63,639 bases of DNA, filler included, from Octopus bimaculoides (GCF_001194135.2; 5 parts of 4 records of this genome joined end to end with filler, not necessarily neighbours in it); one strand, 5' to 3'. Counted from the first letter of the whole stretch, positions 51,813-62,689 are shown. Notes: a model not told the origin generated them from the letters alone. Translations and numbers: made by a program.

Positions 51813-52467
51813 AATCTAAATCTACTTTCAGCAGTAGTATGGGATGGATAAGCTGTCACAGTTCTTCAAATCAGTTTTATTCTGAATTACTGCCTTCCGA
51901 GATAGATCGGAAGATCATGTCTCGCTTGTAAATTATAACACTAACCATTTTACAGAGCATCTTGAAAGCATTTTATCAAGTCACCAGTACTAGAAAGCCA
52001 GAAAGAGGAAAAGTGAGAGTGAGAAAGGAAATGCTGAGAGAGAGGGGGGAGTGCCTTATTCCATGCAAAACTAGTGTCCTCTTTACTCTATGTTGCCTCC
52101 ATCCTTTCAATACAAACCTGACTGAGAGGGTAAATCATAAAGAATTCTGACTGGTAAAGAGGTTTAAAGAAAAGAGCATATGATTATGAGCATAAAACAG
52201 AGAGGGACAGGAGTGATTGATACATAGGAGAAAGAGTAAAGAAAGACAGAGAGAGAGAGAGTGAGAGAGGGAAAGAGATATAGTGATAGTTATATGTTGC
52301 TTGGTAATAAGGATCTTGAACACAAAACCAACATGAGTAGTGTAATGGGAGAGGAATAAAGATGGGTTGTGGTTAGCAACAAAAATGGGTGATAAGTGTG
52401 AAATGTAGATGTCCCTGAAAAGTCATATGGATGAACTGTAAAAGCTAGTCTTGGTTAGAAACATGTG

Positions 52468-53329
52468 CCTGTGCGTGAGAAGACCCGGCAAGCCAAGTGA
52501 GATCGTTGCCAGTACCCCTAGACTGGCTCTTGTGCAGGTGGCACATAAGATGCACCTTTTGAGCGTGGCCATTGCCAGTACCGCCTGACTGGCCTTCATA
52601 GGATTTTCGAGCGAGATCGTTGCCAGTGCCCCTGGACTGGCTTGTGTGGGTGGCACATAAAAGACACCATTTCGAGCGTGGCCATTACCAGTACCGCCTG
52701 ACTGGCCTTCGTAGGATTTTCGAGCAAGATCGTTGCCAGGGCCTCTGGACTGGCTCTTGTGCGGGTGGCACATAAAATACACCATTTTGAGCGTGGCCGT
52801 TGCCAGTACTGCCTGACTGGCCTACGTAGGATTTTCGAGCGAGATCGTTGCCAGTGCCCCTGGACTGGCTTNNNNNNNNNNNNNNNNNNNNNNNNNNNNN
52901 NNNNNNNNNNNNNNNNNNNNNNNNNNNNNNNNNNNNNNNNNNNNNNNNNNNNNNNNNNNNNNNNNNNNNNNNNNNNNNNNNNNNNNNNNNNNNNNNNNNN
53001 NNNNNNNNNNNNNNNNNNNNNNNNNNNNNNNNNNNNNNNNNNNNNNNNNNNNNNNNNNNNNNNNNNNNNNNNNNNNNNNNNNNNNNNCACCATTTCGAAC
53101 GTGGCCGTTGCCAGTATCGCCTGACTGGCCTTCGTGCGGGTGACACGTAAAAGCACCTACTACACTCTCTGAGTGGTTGGCGTTAGGAAGGGCATCCAGC
53201 TGTAGAAACTCTGCCAAATTTAGATTGGAGCCTGGTGTTGCCATCCAGTTTCACCAGTCCTCAGTCAAATCGTCCAACCCATGCTAGCATGGAAAGCGGA
53301 CGTTAAACGATGATGATGATGATGATGAT
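52468..53329 (+). mobile_element. 5'-truncated RTE-type LINE: last codons, 3' UTR with ~114-bp tandem array, (GAT)n tail
   Basis: VREKTRQAK* ORF end at 52470-52500; repeat starts at 52501, 52615, 52728, 52843; tail AGGAAGGGCATCCAGC...CATGCTAGCATGGAAAGCGGACGTTAAAC(GAT)n. Clade assignment is inference from the related tails near RTE-like coding remnants. Confidence 0.75.
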
Positions 53330-53409
53330 TAACCAATGGCAAACAACTGAAGGGATAGTTATTTTGAGGCAGAAATTTTTTGTTTGTAGGTGTGTGGATA
53401 GGGAGCTTA

Positions 53410-53520
53410 CTTCTCAGCCTTGTGGTCTTTAGTGCAGTGTCACTGTGTGGTTCCTTAGGCAAGAGTCACAAAGCCATGTGAGTGAATTTGGTAGACAGAA
53501 ACTGAAAAAGCCAATCATAT
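53410..53520 (+). mobile_element. CORE-like SINE head
   Basis: CCTTAGGCAAGAG...AAAGCCATGTGAGTGAATTTGGTAGACAGAAACTGAAAAAGCC. Confidence 0.65.
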
Positions 53521-53600
53521 ACATGTATATATATATATTTCGTCCAACCCATGCTAGCATGGAAAGCGGACGTTAAACGATGATGATGATGATGATGATG

Positions 53601-53633
<33 letters not shown>

Positions 53634-53721
53634 GTAAAAATATGTGACACTTATTTTTACAGATAATTTCCTCTATTTACATAATATCAAGGTCTCTTTT
53701 TTCTTTTGTTGTCCTGTCTAT

Positions 53722-53870
<149 letters not shown>

Positions 53871-54299
53871 TATCAGTTTAATATACACAATTACATCAGA
53901 GCTACTAATAGTTTCATGCTTTAGAATACATTAAATATGCGGATTCAAAAAAAACATGCCATGCATCTCCAAACAATCTTTTAAGCTCAATTCATGCATT
54001 AGATGTATTTAAAGACCAGGACACTAGACTGAGAGAAAACATGAGAGGAAATGAAAAACACAAATGCCGAGAAGGCTGACACAAAATGTAGACCTGAACC
54101 TGAAAGACTGCTTGGAGATTCATGGTGTGTTTTATAAATCTGACAAATTAGTGTATGATATAGCATGAAACTTATAGTAGCTGTATTTGTGTACATTAAA
54201 TTGATGTTTATCTCTCACTGGATGGAGTATTTTTTTTTTCTTTTTTTATCCTACCTCTATTGGACCTCTGTGTGTGTGTGTGCATTTATAAGCTTGTGT

Positions 54300-54450
54300 G
54301 TGTGTTGTGTTTGTCCACCACCACTCGACAATCAATATTGCTTTGTTTACATGTCTGTAACTTAGCAGTTAGGCAAAAGAGACCAACTGAATAAGTATGA
54401 GGGTCGGTTTGTTTAATTAAACTCTGCAAGGCAGTGCCCAGGCAAGATTG
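54300..54450 (+). mobile_element. SINE central/3' module, decayed; related copy at 38300-38400
   Basis: GTTTACATGTCTGTAACTTAGCAGTTAGGCAAAAGAGACC versus GTTTACGCCCCTGTAACTTGACAGTTCGGCAAACGACGCC. Confidence 0.65.
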
Positions 54451-54910
54451 CATTATAATGCATTTAATTAAACATTTAATTAAAGTGAGCAAAAATATAG
54501 AAATACATATTCATTGGTATAGAGAAAGCAAATTTTTAGACAGTTAAACAATTGTGATGCAACATTTACCTGATAAATAATAGCTAATGCTCAAAACATT
54601 TTAAAAGCTGAAGTAAAATCAATTATTAGTGAATAACTAACATTATTTTTTTATTGGCAGATAAGGTAGATAAAGATATCAGAGACAAGGCATTGATTAA
54701 TATTTATAATCTTGCTGAATTTGCAGCAAAAGTTGGCCATGGTTGTAACTTGTTCTATTTTTAAATGTTTCAGTTAAAACCAGCTGAACAAATTTGGCCA
54801 CAATTTGAACTTAGAAATCTTTTGTTAAAATATATAATCTTGCTGATTCTATTCTCTCTTTTCCATTCTCCATCTATCTATCTATCTGTCTATCTATCTA
54901 TCTATCTATC

Positions 54911-54971
<61 letters not shown>

Positions 54972-55039
54972 NNNNNNNNNNNNNNNNNNNNNNNNNNNNN
55001 NNNNNNNNNNNNNNNNNNNNNNNNNNNNNNNNNNNNNNN

Positions 55040-55083
<44 letters not shown>

Positions 55084-55641
55084 CTCTGTGTGTGTTTGTG
55101 TTTGTGTGTGTGTACATTTTTCCTTCGGTTGCAATAACACTTCTTTTTCTCAGGCAAATTCACTCTATGATTTATTAGTTTTCCCTAAGCTCATATAAAG
55201 TGATTATTACTGAATAAGTTTAGCCAATCAAGTCAAGCAGAACGGATATGATAGTTTTCGTATTTGGGTAGTGCTCTCAAATTGAATTCCAGCATTGAAA
55301 TCATTGTAAATTCATCATTCCTCTGGCCAAATTTTATTTTACTGTCTATGTCTCCTCCAAAATTTCTGCTCCAGCAAACAACAGCTGCACCTCCTGGTCT
55401 ACATCCAAGCAGTTCACTTATTGCTTCCTTAGAGTTTATTACCTTATTCTCTTCTTCAAAGAATACTTGTAATATTTTGTTTATTCTCAGTGACTTCAGG
55501 ACTAAAATAACTTCTGAATTCTACAATTGTTCTTAAAACTGTCATCTGCTTGCTGTCAAAATATATTCTTAATCAACATAAATCTGAATAAAAATACTTT
55601 CCTGGTTGTGGTATTGGCTACTTACTATAAAATATAGTTTA

Positions 55642-55691
<50 letters not shown>

Positions 55692-56087
55692 ATGTGCGTG
55701 CATTCGCACGTATGTGTATGTGCATGTATGTTTGTATGAGTGTGCATGTAACTGTGCATATTTGTGTGCATGTGTGTATGTGTGTGTGGGGGGTGGGGGG
55801 GTTTACTTTTCAACAATACCTATGTTTGTATATTTTCTAACATGAAATACTATGTGTTTTTACTTTAATTTTACAGCAAAGCATGCTGCTATTTCAATTT
55901 AAATGTTCTTTATTTCTTTATTAACATAGAAATCTGGAATAATGATTTCATTTACAATGACGGAATATCTCCTAAAATTTTTCAGCTAATTATCCTCATC
56001 TTCAGTGATGAAACATATTCTTATTATTTACAACATTCTAATCAATTTGTTCCCCGCGCAACATCTGATACCTTATTTTTATATCAG

Positions 56088-56126
<39 letters not shown>

Positions 56127-56349
56127 GCGCTTTCCCGCAGCTCGTCTCCATGACCGAACTGCAGTCGTGGATCAAGAAGAGGCCGAGGAAGGGCGAATGG
56201 CACCACGAGTGTCGCATTGCTCTCCGGCAACTCCAACACCCCGGGTCAACCTTGAGCGACTGCATCACAACTAACGCATTCTATAGTGGATTAGTGGAGT
56301 GAAGGTATGACGACGACGTTCTCGGGGCGAACCAGGGCGTCGACGAGGA
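56127..56349 (+). mobile_element. L1/Tx1-type ORF2 post-RT fragment
   Basis: AFPQLVSMTELQSWIKKRPRKGEWHHECRIALRQL...NAFYSGLVE* followed by DDVLGANQGVDE; CpG-rich. Family assignment is by recalled similarity to mollusc Tx1-like ORF2. Confidence 0.6.
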
Positions 56350-56449
56350 NNNNNNNNNNNNNNNNNNNNNNNNNNNNNNNNNNNNNNNNNNNNTTAATTA
56401 ATTAANNNNNNNNNNNNNNNNNNNNNNNNNNNNNNNNNNNNNNNNNNNN
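56350..56449. other. Artificial scaffold spacer (44 N + TTAATTAATTAA + 44 N)
   Basis: Same 100-bp structure. Confidence 0.95.
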
Positions 56450-56691
56450 TATATACATTAATATACATATCTATATATGTGTGTGTGTGTGTTCGTGCGT
56501 GTGTACGCGAGTATGTGTATGTGTGTGTGTCTGTGCGTGTGTATGCGAGTATGTATATGTGCGAGTGCACGCGCGTGTCTATGTGTATGTGTGTGTATGT
56601 GTGTGTGTATGTGTGTGTGTGTGCGTCGTTGCGATCGAACGTGTGTACAATTGCGTTTGTGTGCGTGTTTGCTTCAACATGTTAGTAGGTG

Positions 56692-56733
<42 letters not shown>

Positions 56734-56974
56734 CGTAAGGTGGCAAGTGTAAAGAAGAACGATTTTAAGTCAAATAGTGAGAGGGGAGAGATTTAGAAAG
56801 AGAAAGTGTGAGAGCGTAAAGGAGAGAGAGAGAGAAAGAGAGAGAGGACAGTGTTATTGTGAGTGTATTTCAACGAGTGCGTGTATGTATAAGTGTGTGT
56901 GTATGTATGTGTGTGTGCGTGCGTGCGTGCGCGCATAATAAATGCGTGTACGCACGCACGCACACATATATATA

Positions 56975-57028
56975 CTCTTTTACTCGTTTCAGTCATTTGA
57001 CTGCGGCCATGCTGGAGCACCGCCTTAG
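56975..57028 (-). mobile_element. SINE 3' tail remnant
   Basis: Minus strand AAGGCGGTGCTCCAGCATGGCCGCAGTCAAATGACTGAAACGAGTAAAAGAG. Confidence 0.65.
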
Positions 57029-57144
57029 ATTATTTATACTACAGGGGAGAGAGAAATAAAGAGATGAGTGTATGTGTATACACACACATCACACGTGTGT
57101 ACGTGTATATATATATACATATATGTATATATATATATGGATAT

Positions 57145-57203
<59 letters not shown>

Positions 57204-57234
57204 TATGAGTATGTGAGTATGTGACTACACACAC

Positions 57235-57275
<41 letters not shown>

Positions 57276-57280
57276 CGTGT
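57145..57280. repeat. (ATAG)n and (TG)n microsatellites
   Basis: Direct reading. Confidence 0.95.
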
Positions 57281-58534
57281 ATGAGTATGTCTCACGGTCG
57301 ATCAAGAGATAAGCAAAAGAGAGAGAGAGGGGGAGAGAAAGAGAGAGAGAGGGGGTGAGAGAAAGAGAGAGAGTGAAGCGAAGAGTGATAAACAGAAACG
57401 GAGATTAGGGTGGAAAGAGAAAAAGAGAAAGAAGAGAGTGAGTGGTGAGAGGTGGAGGGTCAACATTAGAGGGAGGTCCTTCTATCTTATTTTGTGTTTT
57501 TTTTTTCCTTGTTTTTCTTTATGCTGTGATTTGGATTTAGGCGGAATGNNNNNNNNNNNNNNNNNNNNNNNNNNNNNNNNNNNNNNNNNNNNNNNNNNNN
57601 NNNNNNNNNNNNNNNNNNNNNNNNNNNNNNNNNNNNNNNNNNNNNNNNNNNNNNNNNNNNNNNNNNNNNNNNNNNNNNNNNNNNNNNNNNNNNNNNNNNN
57701 NNNNNNNNNNNNNNNNNNNNNNNNNNNNNNNNNNNNNNNNNNNNNNNNNNNNNNNNNNNNNNNNNNNNNNNNNNNNNNNNNNNNNNNNNNNNNNNNNNNN
57801 NNNNNNNNNNNNNNNNNNNNNNNNNNNNNNNNNNNNNNNNNNNNNNNNNNNNNNNNNNNNNNNNNNNNNNNNNNNNNNNNNNNNNNNNNNNNNNNNNNNN
57901 NNNNNNNNNNNNNNNNNNNNNNNNNNNNNNNNNNNNNNNNNNNNNNNNNNNNNNNNNNNNNNNNNNNNNNNNNNNNNNNNNNNNNNNNNNNNNNNNNNNN
58001 NNNNNNNNNNNNNNNNNNNNNNNNNNNNNNNNNNNNNNNNNNNNNNNNNNNNNNNNNNNNNNNNNNNNNNNNNNNNNNNNNNNNNNNNNNNNNNNNNNNN
58101 NNNNNNNNNNNNNNNNNNNNNNNNNNNNNNNNNNNNNNNNNNNNNNNNNNNNNNNNNNNNNNNNNNNNNNNNNNNNNNNNNNNNNNNNNNNNNNNNNNNN
58201 NNNNNNNNNNNNNNNNNNNNNNNNNNNNNNNNNNNNNNNNNNNNNNNNNNNNNNNNNNNNNNNNNNNNNNNNNNNNNNNNNNNNNNNNNNNNNNNNNNNN
58301 NNNNNNNNNNNNNNNNNNNNNNNNNNNNNNNNNNNNNNNNNNNNNNNNNNNNNNNNNNNNNNNNNNNNNNNNNNNNNNNNNNNNNNNNNNNNNNNNNNNN
58401 NNNNNNNNNNNNNNNNNNNNNNNNNNNNNNNNNNNNNNNNNNNNNNNNNNNNNNNNNNNNNNNTATATATATATATATGTATATATGTATGTGTGTGTAT
58501 ATGTTTGTGTCTTTGTTATATTCCTCTTTTGTAG

Positions 58535-58990
58535 AGCTCCCATTGACTCCCTCAAGTTTCACTTGAAAAGGAAATTGAGAGTGGAGTGGGAAGTGCTGTC
58601 CTCGGGTGAGTTTATTGAAAGGTGGGTGAAAGTTACGAAAATGGCAAGAGTTGGGGGTACCTCTCTAAGTGTAGACCTGTGAGTCGGAGAGAAGGAATTG
58701 GAGAGGGCACTAGCTCTTAGGGTTTCAGGGAAATCTCGGACAGTGGGGTTCTTCGATTATCCCTACAGGCCTTCCTGTATCAGGAGGGCCACATCTCTAT
58801 CATCCTCCCCACCATTTTTCCCCCGTTGGATGCTATGCATATGTCCCTCCATTTGTATACCGTGTAAATTTACTTTTTTTTTGCTTTCTTTTTTATCATT
58901 TCATTATTATATGTAAACCCCAACACTTTATGTCTATCTCTGTATTTTCCTCTCATCCTTCGCCCTTATGGAAAATAAATGAAATCATCA
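58535..58990 (+). mobile_element. L1/Tx1-type LINE 3' end (ORF2 C-terminus + 3' UTR)
   Basis: LKFHLKRKLRVEWEVLSSGEFIERWVKVTKMARVGGTSLSVDL*, then a pyrimidine-rich UTR ending GCCCTTATGGAAAATAAATGAAAT. Confidence 0.65.
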
Positions 58991-58994
58991 TTAC

Positions 58995-59580
58995 ACAGGG
59001 GTAAAATATACGAAGCCCAGTATACCCATCATGACTACCCGTCTGATAAGGGTACACCAGGCCCATGCATCACAACCATATGTGCACGACATGGTGATCT
59101 CGTATCAAGATAAACAGTACATGATCTTACAGGTGGGGCCCAGTTAGAATTTTAATCAGGACGAGTAGCCCATTCCTCTCAATAGGTCCCTGAATAAGGG
59201 TTGTTTGAGGATGTTGAACAAAACACCCACGTTTCCAAAGGTGAATTATCCAAACCACTACTTCTGCTCATGATCAGAGATGCACATATCGTCAGCCACC
59301 AAGGGACATGCTCAACTGGTTAAGGTCAAATAATTGACAAGCAAATCTGTGGTATTGAGCAGAATATTTACTACATTATTTACATTTGACGGATATTTGT
59401 CCTCATCTTGTCTGTTGTTAACACAACGTTTCGGCTGATATACTCTCCAGCCTTCATCAGGTGTCCTGGAGGAATTTCGAACCTGGGTTCTCATTTTAAT
59501 TATTATTACTATTATTCAGGTCACTGCCTGGAATCGAACTCGGAATCTTGGAGTTAGTATCCCGCGCTCTTAACTACTAA
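58995..59580 (-). mobile_element. Composite non-autonomous element (copy B): tRNA-like head + (AAT)n + hammerhead module + 370-bp module
   Basis: Head 59580-59516 TAGTAGTTAAGAGCGCGG...GAGTTCGATTCCAGGCAGTGACCTGA (A and B boxes); short AAT run; 59495-59380 equals 12111-11980; 59375-58995 homologous to 5200-5575. Confidence 0.8.
59420..59465 (-). ncRNA. Minimal type I hammerhead ribozyme motif, fully paired
   Basis: GACAC-CUGAUGA-A-GGCUG-GAGAGUAUAU-CAGCC-GAA-ACGU-U-GUGUU: stem I GACAC/GUGUU, stem II GGCUG/CAGCC, palindromic stem III ACGU, predicted cut after GUU. Confidence 0.75.
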
Positions 59581-59735
59581 TTACCTGTGAGCAATTATGG
59601 AGTGAATTTTAGGGCTCATAAACCTTTTATTTTCCTTAATATGAGTAGCATATGGGAACCGGTATTAAGGAAGGATAAGCTTTGTGCCTAGAATAGAAAA
59701 GAATATTAAAATGCAGGTTCTAAGCGGCGCTCTAA

Positions 59736-59922
59736 GGCCGGGCGAAATGCTTAGCGGTGTTTCGTCTGTCTTTACGTTCCGAGTTCAAATTCCGCCGAGG
59801 TCGACTTTGCCTTTCATCATTTCGGGGTCGATAAATTAAGTGCCAGTTGCGTACTGGAGTCGATCTAATCGACTGGCCCCTCCCCCAAAATTGCGGGCCT
59901 TGTGCCTAGAGTAGAAAAGAAT
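59736..59922 (+). mobile_element. tRNA-derived SINE, 5'-truncated, tail type B
   Basis: GAGTTCAAATTCCGCCGAGGTCGACTTTGCCTTTCATCATTTCGGGGTCGATAAATTAAG...GCCTTGTGCCTAGAGTAGAAAAGAAT. Confidence 0.9.
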
Positions 59923-60178
59923 ATTTTCGGCCTCTTAAGGTCCCGTTCCATTCTTTCATTGTTATTGTTACCACTTTGTTTCTAACATTGCATGGACTGT
60001 TCTCGCAGTATTTCTGAGGGGCACCCCACCTCTTTTGTAGGGGTTGCACATCAATGTTTTTTTAATTTTCTTCAACTACCGGAAAAAGCAAATATTTTGC
60101 TATTTTCCAAATATCTTGAAACATGGTGGACAAAGAACTAATAATATTCGATGACGGGACACGAGGACACGAGGATCT

Positions 60179-61220
60179 TTGTTCGAAAACAATGAGAATA
60201 CTGGCCTAGCATTGACTGCAGTAAATGACGTCACCGCCACGCCAACAAAAACAAACGCTGATGCAAACTCATTTTTGTTCCTTAGCAGAGTCAAAACATT
60301 TGACAATTCAGTAAAGCTGAACAACAACAACAACACCTACTACTACTACTACTACTACGACGACGACGACGACGACGACGACAACAACAACAGCGCCAAA
60401 AATACCGTTAATAAAGAAAGGAAGCCTAATGATGGAATGATAAACAAAGAAAATTTTGAAAGAAACACCAATATCACCACCGCCATCGACGCTGCTAAAA
60501 TAGCTACAGTCATGACAAGAGATGCTGGGAAGGAGGTCTCTTTTGCGAATGCTACAAGGAATCTGGAAGATTTCCCCAAAGACAAAGAAGAATTGAAATT
60601 GGCCCGAAGAATTGTAAAAAGAAATGGGAGAAGAAAATCGAAAACATTTTGAGATAAACGTTTTTATACTACTGCGCTGGAGTAAAATCGCACTGGTGGA
60701 ATAAGTTTCTGGGGCTCAAATTCAAAAATGAATTGGGTGCGTGTGGAGACACAAGACTCACATCACTCGAGGAAAGAAGTTTGGTGCAAATGAAGTGAGA
60801 TTGGGGAATAAAGATTGGGGACTGAAGAAGAATCCAGGTTTCATTCCACGATGGCATTGAGGAAGAAGAATTCTTCTTAATCCCCAGCTATCGCAGCCAA
60901 TGCCTTTTTAACGTGAGGGTGATAAACCATCACATGGTTGGTGGTGGCCATCTTGGCGGTTGTAGAGGAAGAGGTGACTATTTTGGAGGTGAAGAAAATA
61001 CCTAACAAAATTGCGCAGGTGTAAGTATGGGACTGATTATACAATGTAATCAAACCTGTACTGACGAATTACTTGACTTAATAGAACTCTCGGATGGCAC
61101 CCGCCTGTCAGTGATAGTAGAGGATAGAAAGCCAAAAAGTTACTTAAAGGCTTTCTGCCCTCAAACAAATAAAGCAAAGTTCCAACTGCTGCCAACACTA
61201 CAAACACCACAAACATAAAA
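60179..61220 (+). pseudogene. Disrupted ORF1-like region of an L1/Tx1-type LINE
   Basis: Low-complexity N-terminus, then frame-broken ELGACG...KKFGANEVR...FFLIPSYRSQ...WLVVAIL...LSDGTRLSVIVEDRKP..YLKAFCP (eroded zinc-knuckle end); directly upstream of the RT. Confidence 0.55.
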
Positions 61221-61239
61221 TCAAGATGAAGTGCTCTGA

Positions 61240-62432
61240 ACTTCAACACCCACACCTGAACAACGAAGGAGCGGACGCGAGGTTCTGCGAAAATTCGTTA
61301 ACGGCCTCTGAAATACATGAGACGATGAGCGACAGCATAACTCGTAAATCACCTGGTTTGGATGGTTCGTCCGACGAATTCTATGTATTCATGCTAATTT
61401 GTTTGGCAGCCTCTAGGCAGACTTCTGCCATAACTGGCAAGAGAACGGGAGAATTCCTAGTGCTGTTAGTCGGGGTGTAGTAACACTGCTGAAGAATGAC
61501 ACGGACAATGGGATCGTGCTAGGGAATTTTCGGCCCATCGTTCTGCTAAACACAGAGTATAAAATTTTGGCCATGGTATTAACGAAAAGGTTGACGTTTG
61601 TCGGTTAGTCGTTTGGTCGGGAAAGCACAAACGTGCGCAATCCCGAACAGGTCTATCTACGACAACCTCCACCTTGTGCAATACATCGGAGAAAGAGCTA
61701 GAACTAAAGCTGGCTTCAGTGGAGCTCTGATCAATTTAGATCAGTCGAAAGCATTCGACAAGATCGACCATCGCTACTTCTAAGCCGTCCTTAAAGCGGT
61801 TGGTTTCGGACCCGTTTTCAGAAGCTAGATCGATGCAAAACTTTGACTACAGAGCAGATGCCGCTGTGAATTGTACAGCGGTACATGCTCGGTGGTCAAA
61901 GTAAACGGCCAGCTATCGGAACCGTTTATCATCACACGCTCGGTTCTTTTGAACTACCCGTTGTCACCTCTTCTGTAAGGAAGTTGGAACGGCTGAAAAG
62001 CATCCCTTTCGAACTGGGATTTGGGAGGAGTGTGTCGGTGCACGAGGATGTCATCGTCATGGTGTTGGATGCCTCCTAAGTGGAGACTGTCGGCTCCATT
62101 GTAAAGGAATATGAGTCGGCTGCAATGGTCAAAATCAACACCGACAAGTCGGTGGGCTTGCGACTGGGCACTTGGAGAGGCAGATCGATGCCGTCGAACG
62201 GCGTCGTCGGACACTGGACTGACAGACCAGTTAAACTGCTCGGGGTCTGATTCGGTGCCGACCTACAAGAGGATAAGCACTAGGACGAGGTGACGAATAG
62301 AGTGGCCAGTCTTACCTAGAAATGGGCAGAGAAGAAACTGTCCCTGAAAGGTGGAGCAGAGGTAGCGAATGCATGCATCGCCTCCGTCATCATTTATCGC
62401 CTGACCGTCGTTGCCCCAGTTACTGCTTGATT
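61240..62432 (+). mobile_element. L1/Tx1-type reverse transcriptase pseudogene
   Basis: KSPGLDG, NFRPIVLLNTEYKILA, AQTCAIPNRSIYDNLHL, LINLDQSKAFDKIDH, KVNGQLSEPF, VHEDV (YADD position), KINTDKSVGLRLG, VKLLGV, KLSLKG; several stops and frameshifts. Confidence 0.92.
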
Positions 62433-62532
62433 NNNNNNNNNNNNNNNNNNNNNNNNNNNNNNNNNNNNNNNNNNNNTTAATTAATTAANNNNNNNNNNNN
62501 NNNNNNNNNNNNNNNNNNNNNNNNNNNNNNNN
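62433..62532. other. Artificial scaffold spacer (44 N + TTAATTAATTAA + 44 N)
   Basis: Same 100-bp structure. Confidence 0.95.
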
Positions 62533-62689
62533 TGTTTTTATTTATGTGTATATGTGCTTGTGTTATGTATGTGTGTGTATGTGTGAGTTTGTGTCTTTTA
62601 GCCAGGAGAGAAGGGTGTGGCCCATTACTCGTTATAGGACCCCTTTATACGACCCTCCCTCAAGGAGGTCGCGGAGATGAGAAGATATC

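Noticed and set aside
52499-53150. CRISPR-like array
   Set aside because: Units are contiguous ~114-bp tandem copies without unique spacers, in a eukaryotic LINE UTR.
56140-56310. Host-gene exon (CCCGCAG acceptor ... GAAG/GTATGA donor)
   Set aside because: The frame runs through the supposed acceptor as AFPQLVS, has an in-frame stop, and fits a Tx1-type ORF2 fragment better.
59516-59580. tRNA gene (also the SINE heads at 26907, 36624, 45550)
   Set aside because: A and B boxes present but no complete acceptor stem or cloverleaf, and each continues into SINE body sequence.
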